Assembly: GCA_037917675.1 (NCBI GenBank)
Contig: JAVCBW010000025.1
Coordinates: 32,001-96,000 of the forward strand
Direction of reading: 5' to 3'
Source: Thermoproteota archaeon
Lineage (GTDB): Archaea; Korarchaeota; Korarchaeia; B14-G2
DNA length: 64,000 nucleotides
In this document: one piece after another, positions 29,330 to 38,364 of the stretch
Numbering within the stretch: the stretch's first letter is position 1
Layout of the letters: each line of letters opens with the position of its first letter
Notes under the pieces: generated by a model
Database searches by the model: none
What the model was told of the DNA's origin: nothing
What the model saw: only the letters and a program-made list of their open reading frames with translations
Program-made: the position numbers and the translations under genes

Positions 29330-30736
29330 TTGTGGGATGTAGTTATTGTGGGATCTGGTCCTACAGGGATATTTACAGCATATGAGCTTGTAACAAGATC
29401 TGATAAGCTTAAGATAGCTATCCTGGAGAGAGGTAGAGATCTTAATAAGAGAGCGTGTCCGATGTTCTTAGGAGAAAGATGCAAGAGATGTAAGCCCTGC
29501 CACATGGTCTCTGGCTATGGGGGGGCTGGAGCTTTCTCTGATGGCAAGCTTAACTTATCCCCTGATGTGGGAGGGAGGCTTCTAGAGTACATTGGACGAA
29601 GGGAGCTGACTGAGCTCATAAGATATGTGGATAGCATTTACATCAAGTTCGGTGCACCTACTGAGCTCTATGGGACAGATACTGATAGAATAGAGCAACT
29701 TAGGAGAGAGGCATTAAGGGAAAACTTGAGGCTACTAGTGTTTCCAGTAAGACATATGGGAGAGAAAAGTAGGGATGTCTTAGAGAACCTCAAGAAGTAT
29801 CTTGAAAACAAGGGGGTTGAGTTCTACTTTGAGACAGACGCAAAGGATGTAATAGTTGGTGGAGGAAAAGTAGAGGGAGTCGTGTCATCTGATGGAGAAG
29901 AGTTTAGATCAAGATATGTCGTCTTAGCACCAGGAAGATCAGGAGCATCTTGGCTTAGAAGGGTAGCGAAGAAGCTTGGGATAGAGGTCTATAATGATAC
30001 TGTCGATATTGGAGTTAGAGTCGAGGTACCAGCTGAGATCATGGAACCCTACACGAGTGTACTCTATGAGCCAAAATTCATATATTACACTAAGTCTTTC
30101 GATGACAAAGTGAGAACTTTCTGTGTTTGTCCTCATGGTGAAGTCATCACAGAGGTCCATGATGGAGTAGTGACAGTTAATGGGCAGAGCAGAACAGATA
30201 ACATGACGAAGAGCACAAACTTTGCCGTGTTGGTTAGCACTAGATTTACAGAGCCATTTAGAGACCCCATTTCATATGCTCTCGACATCGCAAGGCTAGC
30301 CAACAACATAGCAGGGAATAGGCCGATAATACAGAGGCTTGGAGACCTTTTAAGAGGGAGGAGGTCAACATACGAGAGAATAGAGAGAAGCATAGTTATT
30401 AGGACGCTTGAAGACGTCACACCAGGAGACTTAAGCTATGTCCTTCCATATAGATACCTTAGGAATATAATTGAGATGTTAGAGCAACTTAACAAGGTGA
30501 TGCCAGGAGTCTATTCAGATCATACACTCCTATATGGAGTTGAGATAAAACTATACTCATCTAGCTTAAAGCTGAAGAGTACTCTTGAGACCGAGATCAG
30601 AAACCTCTATGCCGGCGGAGATGGGGCAGGAGTGTCTAGGGGGCTTGTCCAAGCTTCAGCTTCAGGAGTCATAATAGCTAGGTCGATCCTGGAGAAAGAA
30701 GGCTATACTCAACCTAATGGGGGCGCTGGGATTTGA
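29330..30736 (+). CDS. FAD-dependent oxidoreductase
   Basis: IVGSGPTG, GGAGAFSDGKL, GDGAGVSRG. Confidence 0.9.
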   Translation: MWDVVIVGSGPTGIFTAYELVTRSDKLKIAILERGRDLNKRACPMFLGERCKRCKPCHMVSGYGGAGAFSDGKLNLSPDVGGRLLEYIGRRELTELIRYVDSIYIKFGAPTELYGTDTDRIEQLRREALRENLRLLVFPVRHMGEKSRDVLENLKKYLENKGVEFYFETDAKDVIVGGGKVEGVVSSDGEEFRSRYVVLAPGRSGASWLRRVAKKLGIEVYNDTVDIGVRVEVPAEIMEPYTSVLYEPKFIYYTKSFDDKVRTFCVCPHGEVITEVHDGVVTVNGQSRTDNMTKSTNFAVLVSTRFTEPFRDPISYALDIARLANNIAGNRPIIQRLGDLLRGRRSTYERIERSIVIRTLEDVTPGDLSYVLPYRYLRNIIEMLEQLNKVMPGVYSDHTLLYGVEIKLYSSSLKLKSTLETEIRNLYAGGDGAGVSRGLVQASASGVIIARSILEKEGYTQPNGGAGI

Positions 30737-30806
30737 ACCCAGGTCTCCAGCTCCCGAGGCTGGAAGGATAGGCCACTGTAGCTAGAGGTAGCTACCCCAC
30801 GCCCCC
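30718..30806 (-). tRNA. tRNA-Pro(CGG) with 14-nt D-loop intron (about 17/17a)
   Basis: GGGGGCG..GUAG-CU^ACCUCUAG-CUAC-AG^UGG; stem CCAGC-CTCGGGA-GCTGG. Confidence 0.88.
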
Positions 30807-30865
30807 AGGATAGCGTGCTGCTTATAGGTATAAAAGCTTCTCACAGCAGCCTGCTCTACTGTGGG

Positions 30866-31387
30866 TTAAAGCTGTAGGAGATGAGACTTCAAGCTTACAA
30901 ACTCCTTCCTCAAATCCTCTGCTATAGTGCTTAGAGAGGAGGAAATCACCTTTGTGTCTGCTATGACTGGCATGAAATTTGTGTCACCAGCCCATCTCGG
31001 TACTATGTGGACATGGAGGTGGTCTTCAATACCTGCTCCAGCAAGCCTCCCGAGATTTAGCCCTATGTTGAAGCCATCAGGGCGATACTTCTTTGAGAGT
31101 ATTCTGACAGATTCCCTAATTAGCCTCCACATAGACTTTACTTCGTCATAGGATAATGACAAGAGATCGCTGATATGTCTTGTTGGAGCGACCATTAGAT
31201 GACCAGGATTATATGGATACTTGTTTATGATGACTAGCGCGTGCTCATCGATGTAGAGAAGCAAACTTTTATCTCCGCTTTTAGCAGCTGCATCACAGAA
31301 GATGCAGCCTCTATCTATACCTCTACTTATCTCCTCTATGTATTGTCTCCTCCAAGGAGCCCATAGCCTCTTAATCAAGCCCCCCAC
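30866..31387 (-). CDS. HIT family hydrolase
   Basis: LWAPWR, CIFC, NKYPYNPGH, HLHVHIVPR. Confidence 0.93.
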   Translation of the reverse strand: MGGLIKRLWAPWRRQYIEEISRGIDRGCIFCDAAAKSGDKSLLLYIDEHALVIINKYPYNPGHLMVAPTRHISDLLSLSYDEVKSMWRLIRESVRILSKKYRPDGFNIGLNLGRLAGAGIEDHLHVHIVPRWAGDTNFMPVIADTKVISSSLSTIAEDLRKEFVSLKSHLLQL

Positions 31388-31724
31388 CTTGAATGATTAG
31401 TATTGCTTCAGCCAGATCCCCTTTAGCCTTCTTCAAGGCATTTATAGCACTATCTCTGCTACATCCCGTCTGCTCTACTATGAGCCTTATGTCCTCTTCA
31501 TCTATCTCAAGCTCCTCTTCCATCTCCCTTCTGACAGGTGTGCCAACTATCTGCCACTGCTCCAGATCCTTCAGCTTGATAATAGAGACTGTAGGTGCCT
31601 CAAAAAAGTATTCAGCATCCTTAGTCTTTATGATAGCGTACTCTACATCCTTAACCTCGGTTATACTCATGCCCATCTGTTTCATGAGCCTTCTGAGCTG
31701 ACGTGGGGCTAGACCGCGAGTCAT
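31371..31724 (-). CDS. nac: Nascent polypeptide-associated complex protein
   Basis: PRQLRRLMKQMG; UBA domain EEDIRLIVEQTG..GDLAEAI. Confidence 0.93.
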   Translation of the reverse strand: MTRGLAPRQLRRLMKQMGMSITEVKDVEYAIIKTKDAEYFFEAPTVSIIKLKDLEQWQIVGTPVRREMEEELEIDEEDIRLIVEQTGCSRDSAINALKKAKGDLAEAILIIQGGGLD

Positions 31725-31793
31725 CTACCGCACCTGACACTTATAGGAGAGCCAAATTTAAGTTGAGATAGCTAGCACCATAGTGGTGAGTAT

Positions 31794-32300
31794 GTGTTCG
31801 AATGTGAAGTCTGCGGCAGGCAAACTGATAAAGTTATCAAGAGGCAGATTGAGGGGACCACAGTTTCTGTATGCCCCGCATGCGCAAGGTATGGAAGTAG
31901 TGTGAGCTTATTTGCTATGAAGAAAAGAGAGGCAAGACAGAGGAGGCGCCATGTTCAGGCGAGAAGGCGTAAGCTACATGCAGTGAAGGACTTGTATGAG
32001 AGGTATGAGGTCGTTGAAAACTACCATCTTATCATAAGGAGGAGGAGAGAAGAGCTTGGGATGAAGCAGAAAGACTTTGCAAAGAGACTTGGAATAAAAG
32101 AGTCGATGCTACAGAAGATGGAGGCAGGGAAGTTTATACCTGATATACCGACATGTATGAAGATAGAGGCGATACTTGGCGTCAAGATACTGAGAGAAGC
32201 TGTAGACGAAGAGGTTTTAGCTAGGTTTGAGGGAAGGGCTGAAGTAGAACCCACGATAGGTGAGGTTCTCGAGATAAAGAGGAGAAAAGCAGGGAAGTAA
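31794..32300 (+). CDS. mbf1: Multiprotein bridging factor aMBF1
   Basis: CEVCG..CPAC plus XRE HTH, PTIGE. Confidence 0.92.
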   Translation: MFECEVCGRQTDKVIKRQIEGTTVSVCPACARYGSSVSLFAMKKREARQRRRHVQARRRKLHAVKDLYERYEVVENYHLIIRRRREELGMKQKDFAKRLGIKESMLQKMEAGKFIPDIPTCMKIEAILGVKILREAVDEEVLARFEGRAEVEPTIGEVLEIKRRKAGK

Positions 32301-32363
32301 GTTAGGCAGTTGACGATCAGGTAAGGTTAAGTATCATAGGAGCTTATCATAGTAGGGAGAGAT

Positions 32364-32885
32364 ATGAAGAACAACAGACTAGCAGAGCTCATAACGCTTC
32401 TGGTTAACGGCCATGGTGACGAGGAAATTCTGAGAGTAAGCAATGTGCTACTAAGGGGGGAAGCTGAGGAGAGAAGGATAGCTGAAGCTGCAAATCTTAA
32501 ACTTCAATTCGTGAGGAGGGCGCTCTATAAGCTCCATGAAAACCACATCGTGAAGTATAGGAAGGTCAAGGATAATGAGAAGAAGTGGTACGATGTCTTC
32601 TGGGAGCTTGATATAGAGGGGCTTAAGATGAGCTTGCGTAAGAGAGCAAATAACGTCATAGAAACACTAACACGCAAGCTTAAGTATGAAAAAGGCAACA
32701 TAATCTATGCGTGTATAAGCGATGAATCCCATCTAAGGGTATCACTTGAGCAAGCAGCTGAAAGAGACTTTAACTGCCCTATATGTGGTTCCCCCCTATA
32801 TCCGAGTAATAGCGAGAAAGTTATCAATAGGCTTGAGGATGTGATCAATAAACTTGAGCATATAGAGATGTTTGTGAGGAGGTAG
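32364..32885 (+). CDS. tfe: Transcription factor E alpha
   Basis: wHTH VRRALYKLHE..W, Zn ribbon FNCPICGSPL. Confidence 0.9.
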   Translation: MKNNRLAELITLLVNGHGDEEILRVSNVLLRGEAEERRIAEAANLKLQFVRRALYKLHENHIVKYRKVKDNEKKWYDVFWELDIEGLKMSLRKRANNVIETLTRKLKYEKGNIIYACISDESHLRVSLEQAAERDFNCPICGSPLYPSNSEKVINRLEDVINKLEHIEMFVRR

Positions 32886-32889
32886 CAGC

Positions 32890-33573
32890 ATTAGGATAAC
32901 CATAGCAGATAGACTAGACATTCTTAGCTGGAGGATAGCTAAAAAGGCTTCCAGAGACTTCAAGCTATACTTAGAGAAGCTAGCAGAGAACCTCAAGATA
33001 GATGAGATTAATGTCAGAGAGTACCATGGGTGGATAGATGTAGATGTGTGGGGAGAAGACGATGAAGCTTTTTGCAACTTTCTAAGCGTCAGATTTGGGA
33101 GAGTAAAGAGGATGAGAGAGGTTAAGGAGAGGGAGGCTGCTAGAGGAGTCTTTCTAGTGAGCGAGAAGGCAGAGGAAGTCGTAGGTAAGGTGTTCTTAGA
33201 GGGTAAGCCAGTACAGCTAGCTAGCAGAGGGGAAGCTAGAGGAATCCTTGAAGAAGCTTGGGTACCTATGTGGATACGAGTTTTAAGGGAGGGTAAAGAA
33301 ATGCATGCTCTGCTACATGAAAGGCAAGCTAGATTCTATAGGAAAATAGCCATTGGAGGGTATGTGCAGGTTGTCATAAATGGAGTTGTATCAGAAGTAG
33401 AGAAGAGGTTGCATATGTCTGGATGCAGGGGGTTCAGGGATGGCGCATTAGTCTATCAGCTTATCTGCCCAGAGAATAGCATAGCAGACATAATAGGCCT
33501 CTTAAGAGCAGAGAAAGCCTATAGGTTTGTAGTCATACGCCCTCGAGAAATCCTTAAGTACCTAACTAGATAG
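32890..33573 (+). CDS. Conserved hypothetical protein after tfe (DUF2110-like; probable ATT start)
   Basis: Frame open from 32890; WIDVDVWGEDDEAFCNFL..RFG; SD GAGGAGGT upstream. Confidence 0.6.
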   Translation: MRITIADRLDILSWRIAKKASRDFKLYLEKLAENLKIDEINVREYHGWIDVDVWGEDDEAFCNFLSVRFGRVKRMREVKEREAARGVFLVSEKAEEVVGKVFLEGKPVQLASRGEARGILEEAWVPMWIRVLREGKEMHALLHERQARFYRKIAIGGYVQVVINGVVSEVEKRLHMSGCRGFRDGALVYQLICPENSIADIIGLLRAEKAYRFVVIRPREILKYLTR

Positions 33574-33583
33574 GTGTATTGGA

Positions 33584-33694
33584 GCCGGGGTGCTCTAGAG
33601 GGTTGACCGGAGAGCCTGGTAGGAGGCAGAGGAGCCTAAGCCTGCTAAGCCTGTGGCCCTTGTGGCCGCGTGGGTTCAAATCCCACCCCCGGCG
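33584..33694 (+). tRNA. tRNA-Ser(GCT) with two introns: 16 nt at 15/16 (33599-33614) and 10 nt at 29/30 (33630-33639)
   Basis: Helices CUCU/GGAG and AGGC/GCCU, each with 3-nt bulges; spliced product gives CAGGC-CTGCTAA-GCCTG and a long variable arm. Confidence 0.9.
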
Positions 33695-33702
33695 CTTAAA
33701 GT

Positions 33703-33788
33703 GGGCCGGTGGTCTAGGGGTATGACTCAGCTGGCATGAAGCCGCCCTCACGAGGCGGAGGTCGAGGGTTCGAGTCCCTCCCGGCCCA
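33703..33788 (+). tRNA. tRNA-Val(CAC) with 14-nt intron at 25/26
   Basis: GG-UAUG-AC^UCAGCUGG-CAUG-AA^G-CC; CCGCC-CTCACGA-GGCGG. Confidence 0.9.
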
Positions 33789-33830
33789 CTATAGGTGTGC
33801 TGCTGCTATACTACCTGTTACGTACTAAGT

Positions 33831-34150
33831 GGGCAGCGGTGGCCCCCTCAGGTGGATGAGGCTTCCCTTAGCCAGAGGCAACGTGAGGGTGATTCCACCC
33901 CTTACCTGAGAACGCCTAGTGTCCGCCTTAGGAGTGCTCTCTTCCGAGCCTCCTCCGGTTCGGCGGCAAGGAGTAGGGTGGCTCCTCTCCAGGAGCTCCT
34001 ACTCCTCCACAGGCCCCTCAGGCGGTAGCTTCATCACCCCCTCACGTGCATAGCTAGGGGAGGCCTCACCGCCCTTCGGGTTCATCTGGCCCCAGCTTAG
34101 TCTTCTGGTTACAGGGGGCGACTACACCCCCGGCCCTACCCACCGCTGCC
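33831..34150 (-). ncRNA. ffs: Signal recognition particle (7S) RNA
   Basis: Terminal helix GGCAGCGGUGG/CCACCGCUGCC, Alu UGUAA, helix 8 AGG-CUC-GGAA-GAG-AGCA; TATATAAG upstream. Confidence 0.92.
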
Positions 34151-34187
34151 TCTCTTCCATGGGGGAGGGGGGCTTATATAGCTTCCG

Positions 34188-34952
34188 CTAGAGGATCATG
34201 TTGCCTATTTTCTGTAGAGTCCTCAGTAAGCCTATTAGTGAGCCTGCTCTTTGAAATTCTAGTTTGAGTAGCAACCTCCTCAGCTCACCTATCATGCTAC
34301 TAGACTTCATGGGACATTGGTGAGCTATTGGTATCTGAACAGCTTTTGTGAGTTCTATTGATAACACTTCTATAGCGGGCAATGCTAGATTTCGGTTAGA
34401 AGCCTGTGGGAGGGCTGAGGCAAGAAGAGTACGCACTAGCGGATTATGTTGCTGATAGGCTATATAGGCTAGGGCTAAGCTGCAGTATTCATCTAATGTT
34501 AATGGAATGACTGCTTTGTTGCATCCTTTTAGATCAGCGAACTCTAGTACAGCTCTAATAACGCTGCTTATACAGGATAGACAGTCGCTTGGTGATATCG
34601 TTATGCTAGATAGCTTTATCCAGTAAGGGATGCACAGGCTAGATGCTATAGAATGAAATGTGGTGAAGTCGATGGTATTTGGAGCTACTAGCAACGGATT
34701 AACCTTTACGAGTCTGAACTCGCTCTCTAGCTCCAGGAATAGTGATAGAAAACAAAGGTCTTCTAGGCTGGGTCTGATAGCGATAGCTATTGCATCAGTT
34801 GGTGACAGTAGCTCTAGCTTCCTGATGACTCTCCTTATAGCCCTGTCTACTGCCTGCCTCAAACAGGGTCTGCAGTAAGCCATGCCAGAGCTTTTCTTGA
34901 CGTATATAGGAGGCCTTAGCCTGCATACACTGCACTCAGAGAGCTTCATCAA
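34188..34952 (-). CDS. TtuA/NcsA/Ctu1-like paralog with degenerate PP-loop (Ctu2-like)
   Basis: N-terminal CxxC..CxxC Zn finger, IRKLELL...IAIAI then RPSLED instead of SGGKDS; CLSC; TLDE. Confidence 0.6.
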   Translation of the reverse strand: MMKLSECSVCRLRPPIYVKKSSGMAYCRPCLRQAVDRAIRRVIRKLELLSPTDAIAIAIRPSLEDLCFLSLFLELESEFRLVKVNPLLVAPNTIDFTTFHSIASSLCIPYWIKLSSITISPSDCLSCISSVIRAVLEFADLKGCNKAVIPLTLDEYCSLALAYIAYQQHNPLVRTLLASALPQASNRNLALPAIEVLSIELTKAVQIPIAHQCPMKSSSMIGELRRLLLKLEFQRAGSLIGLLRTLQKIGNMIL

Positions 34953-34969
34953 AGCACCTTCAGTTATAA

Positions 34970-35692
34970 GTGTGGGGCATCAGGTTGATAAGGATGGTGT
35001 TGCAACCTGGAAGGAAGATAGTAAGGGAGGGGGCTGAGAGAGAAGTAGTTTATACGAGGGAGCAATGGGAACTTCTCAGAAGGAAACGTGAGCTAGCTAT
35101 TAGGGTTCTTAGCAAAGCACGTGAGCTCGGTATAGTTGGTGGGGGGGTTCATGGGAGTGTTGCCCGAGGAGATGTGAGCTATAAAAGCGACATAGATGTA
35201 TTTTTTGTTAGAATAGTTCCTATCCCTCTCATAGAAGTCTTTAGAGATACTATAGAGGAGGTATCGTGTGTTAAGGATGTTAAGCTCATACAGCCATGTC
35301 CAGGTAGGGCTCTGAAGCTCTATATCCATCTGGATGGAAACGTGTCGGTTTCGTTCCCGGTGACGCCACTCAGCAAAACAGAGTATGAGTTCTATAGGTT
35401 CGGTGGAGCTATCGACCTAGATGAGCTACTTAAGGGGAAGAGAGTGCCGGGAGTGAATAAGAAGCTTCTGATGATAGAGCCTACCTCCTTTGGGCATATG
35501 GAGTATCCGATAGTCGGGCGCGAGTGGATAGCTGCACAAAAACTCGGTATCAGCATAGATACTGTCATGGAGAGAGTCAGAGTTCTCACTAGAAGAAGTG
35601 AGGTAGGTAGAACTGGTGTGTATATTGAGATCGATGTCAAAGGTAGCCTCGCTGAGGCAGTAAAGAAGGCTGTTAAAAGAAGCTGGCTGTAA
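34970..35692 (+). CDS. Pol-beta superfamily nucleotidyltransferase (archaeal)
   Basis: VHGSVARGDV..SDID, EFYRFGG, RVPGVNKKL, GRTGVY. Confidence 0.88.
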   Translation: MWGIRLIRMVLQPGRKIVREGAEREVVYTREQWELLRRKRELAIRVLSKARELGIVGGGVHGSVARGDVSYKSDIDVFFVRIVPIPLIEVFRDTIEEVSCVKDVKLIQPCPGRALKLYIHLDGNVSVSFPVTPLSKTEYEFYRFGGAIDLDELLKGKRVPGVNKKLLMIEPTSFGHMEYPIVGREWIAAQKLGISIDTVMERVRVLTRRSEVGRTGVYIEIDVKGSLAEAVKKAVKRSWL

Positions 35693-35740
35693 AATGCGGG
35701 TATTATATGGGAACTCGGCTCTTAGCTAAATGGGAGGATT

Positions 35741-36019
35741 TTGAGAGAAATATTCCTACTACATCTTGTGATCTTTGCAGCAGCTAGGCTTGGAGAGGAG
35801 CCTTTTGAAGGGGTTTCAGAGAGAATCGAGAAGTTTTTCCATGGGCTAGAGCAGCTAATTCAGGACATAAAGAGCCTGTTCATGGAGCTAGGGCAGGTGC
35901 TAGCTGGAGCCCTTATAGTAATTGGAGCTATACTGTGGGCTTCAGGAGTATTTAGGTATACTGGGTTCAGACTGATGACTGGAGGAGTCCTTCTCTTAAT
36001 ACTGCTCTTGCTGCTATGA
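35741..36019 (+). CDS. Small membrane protein, VirB2/CedA1/TedC-like pilin candidate
   Basis: Amphipathic helix plus two TM helices: LIVIGAILWASG..YTGFRLMTGGVLL. Confidence 0.5.
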   Translation: MREIFLLHLVIFAAARLGEEPFEGVSERIEKFFHGLEQLIQDIKSLFMELGQVLAGALIVIGAILWASGVFRYTGFRLMTGGVLLLILLLLL

Positions 36020-36020
36020 C

Positions 36021-37073
36021 TCAGGATATTCTGAATCGAAGCACAGCCATGATGCCACCAAGGTTCTCTAGCATCTCCCTGGATGGAGAATCAGAGTGTA
36101 TAATCCTGTATTTACACCCAGTCTTCTCACACATTTCTAGAAGGCGTTCTATAGCATCTCTATGACTGGCCATGAGAGAAGGGCTCAGCACAACCAGCTC
36201 AGCAGCCCCATAGTAGACAGCCTGCTCCACGCTCTCAAGGCCATAAGCTACCATATTGGGGTTCTTAGCAAGTCTCTCCAATATATTCTCAATTATCCTG
36301 TTGTCCTCTGTGATCGTGAGATCCTTGAGAACCTTCTGGAGAGAGCTAGACCGCAGGCACTCCATTAGGCCAGGTACTCCTGTAGAAGATGCCTTTACTG
36401 CAATAAGCTTATTAGATAGAGCTGGAGCCTGCTCTCGGATCTTATCCAGCATTGTTTCCTTGAAGAACCCTGGGCCTGCTACTATGATGTAGTCAGGAGA
36501 AAGAGACCTAGCCTTCTCTATGATGGTCTTTGCGGCATCTGTTAGGCTTCTGCTGTATATAGCCTCGCCTGCTCCAGTAGGTTGCCTATATGAGCCAAGA
36601 TAGCCTCGTGTAACTAGCTGATACTGCTCGTCTCTAATCTGGTATATCTCAAACTCCTCTTGGTCTACTAGTACTATGAGCATTGTAGTTCTTGGTTTGA
36701 GCGCTTTATCTAGCATATCTAAGTGTAATTTGAGCCACCTTTCCTTGTAGATAGATATTTTCTTGCCAGATGCTATCTCTATGGTATGGTAGAGACCGAG
36801 TATACTATATTTGCTTGGACACTCTCTTATGATACCAAGCACTCTAAGCTTGGATGCAAGAGGATCTAGATGGGTGGATTTCACCTCTAGCGTGATAGGG
36901 ATCTTCACGATGGCTGGATCAGTTGGCCTCAGCGATCTTGAGTGCTTTATCTTTCTCAGCGTTATGGCTCTTATGAGGTCACCTGGCTCAATTATTCTTG
37001 AAAGATAATATAGGTCATCTACACTCTGAGGTACTAGCTCAAGCCAGTTCTTATCTAGCCATTGTATCTTCAA
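36021..37073 (-). CDS. pelA: mRNA surveillance protein Pelota
   Basis: DDLYYLSRIIEPGD, YHTIEI, IIVAGPGFFK, VAYG, LGGIMAVLRF. Confidence 0.94.
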   Translation of the reverse strand: MKIQWLDKNWLELVPQSVDDLYYLSRIIEPGDLIRAITLRKIKHSRSLRPTDPAIVKIPITLEVKSTHLDPLASKLRVLGIIRECPSKYSILGLYHTIEIASGKKISIYKERWLKLHLDMLDKALKPRTTMLIVLVDQEEFEIYQIRDEQYQLVTRGYLGSYRQPTGAGEAIYSRSLTDAAKTIIEKARSLSPDYIIVAGPGFFKETMLDKIREQAPALSNKLIAVKASSTGVPGLMECLRSSSLQKVLKDLTITEDNRIIENILERLAKNPNMVAYGLESVEQAVYYGAAELVVLSPSLMASHRDAIERLLEMCEKTGCKYRIIHSDSPSREMLENLGGIMAVLRFRIS

Positions 37074-37076
37074 ATC

Positions 37077-38234
37077 CTATCCCTGTTGCAAGGCGGACTT
37101 CGTGACTATCCTCATCCATGCTGGTACCTTTACGACATCAACTGCCTTGACGCCAGCTATGACTTTAACACCTCTAGATGCTGCAGCATCAACTATCCTC
37201 TGTGTGATAAAGCCGTCATATACTATGTACTCTATTTCTCCTTTCATCGATGTTAGTTCCTTGTATAGAGCATCTACCTTACATCTGCGAATGACATTGA
37301 AGTCTTTGTCTAGGAGTAAGGCTTCAAGCTTCCCTTCTACCTGGGGGAACAGGTCTGAAAGCTTTTTGCTGACATCAGGAGAGACAGCCTGTATCTGGGT
37401 GGACTTCAGGTGCATTGCCTGACGGTACTCGTCAGCTGGGACAGCGTTCCTAAGCGCCTGCCGGATCTCCTTGGCAGATAGCTCTTCTACGCTCCTGCCA
37501 GGAGGTGCTATTGCAATGTAATCTACATCCATGTGTGAAAGGACATTCTTTAAGACGAGTTCTCCACCGCGATCACCATCCACAAACACCGTGACATTCT
37601 TGCGCTTACTTAGCTCGATTAGAGACTTGGGTATTGTTGTTGCGCCACCAATTGCTATGACGTTTCTCCAGCCATACTTGAGCATCTGAATGACATCAGC
37701 ACGCCCCTCAACTACTATTATGTCGTCAGAAGATTCTATCGCTGGCCCACAAGGTAGCTTCTCAGGGCCATAGTAGGATAGCTCAGCTAAATGTCCTTCC
37801 TCCTGGATCCTTTCAAGTATATCAGCTGTGTCAGCTGTCAAGCTTGCAGTCCAGCTTCTGAGTATCTCGATTGCCCTTCTCATGATCTGCTTTCTCCTCT
37901 CTTCTCTGGCATCGACTATCCTCTGGAGTTTTATCCTAGCTGGGTAAGGTCCCACTTGGTCTACTGACTCGAAAGCAGCTGCAAGCAGAGCAGTCTCTGG
38001 CCTGCTCATGTTAGATGTTACTATGATGTGGCCCTCTGTAGCTCCATTTCTCTGCCTCAACTCAGCCTTAATGCGGCCGATCTTCCCTATTCTCTGGAGC
38101 TCTCTTAGCTCAAATGGCTCGCCTAGAAGACCTTCGAGCTGGCCGAATATTGCACCTATGACGTCACTGTCCTCAACTAACCCCTTAACGCTCAACTCAA
38201 AGTGCAAAATGTATTTGTATGACTCTTTCGCCAA
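37077..38234 (-). CDS. dnaG: Archaeal DnaG (primase-like, exosome-associated)
   Basis: DVIGAIFGQ.EGLLG, VVEGRADV, FVDGDRGG; TTG start at 38234 after SD GAGGTG. Confidence 0.94.
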   Translation of the reverse strand: MAKESYKYILHFELSVKGLVEDSDVIGAIFGQLEGLLGEPFELRELQRIGKIGRIKAELRQRNGATEGHIIVTSNMSRPETALLAAAFESVDQVGPYPARIKLQRIVDAREERRKQIMRRAIEILRSWTASLTADTADILERIQEEGHLAELSYYGPEKLPCGPAIESSDDIIVVEGRADVIQMLKYGWRNVIAIGGATTIPKSLIELSKRKNVTVFVDGDRGGELVLKNVLSHMDVDYIAIAPPGRSVEELSAKEIRQALRNAVPADEYRQAMHLKSTQIQAVSPDVSKKLSDLFPQVEGKLEALLLDKDFNVIRRCKVDALYKELTSMKGEIEYIVYDGFITQRIVDAAASRGVKVIAGVKAVDVVKVPAWMRIVTKSALQQG

Positions 38235-38240
38235 GTCTAC

Positions 38241-38364
38241 GCACCTCTGGGGGTGGTAGGTGTGTGTCTGCCTACTGATTAACGGGATCATCGATAAGCC
38301 AACGCTTACCTCTCATCACCCGGCTCTAACAAAGGCAGACAGCCCCCACCACATTCCCCAGCAT
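38241..38364 (-). ncRNA. Structured RNA in dnaG leader: long hairpin with K-turn, closed by a putative BHB (107-nt excisable segment 38247-38353)
   Basis: Stems GGGG/CCCC, GUGGUGGG/CCUACCAC, UGUCUGCCU/AGGCAGACA, CGGG/CCCG, GGUAAGC/GCUUAUC; UGA and GAUGAU K-turn strands; TTTTAAG box at 38380-38386. Confidence 0.7.

Noticed and set aside
33566-34028. ORFs over tRNA-Ser/Val and SRP RNA (likewise 39748, 47803, 50368-50508, 61067)
   Set aside because: Spurious frames over GC-rich structural RNAs.
33820-34165. BHB-mediated circularisation of SRP RNA as in Thermoproteus
   Set aside because: The flanks do not form a 4-bp helix with two bulges, and the RNA has an ordinary terminal helix.
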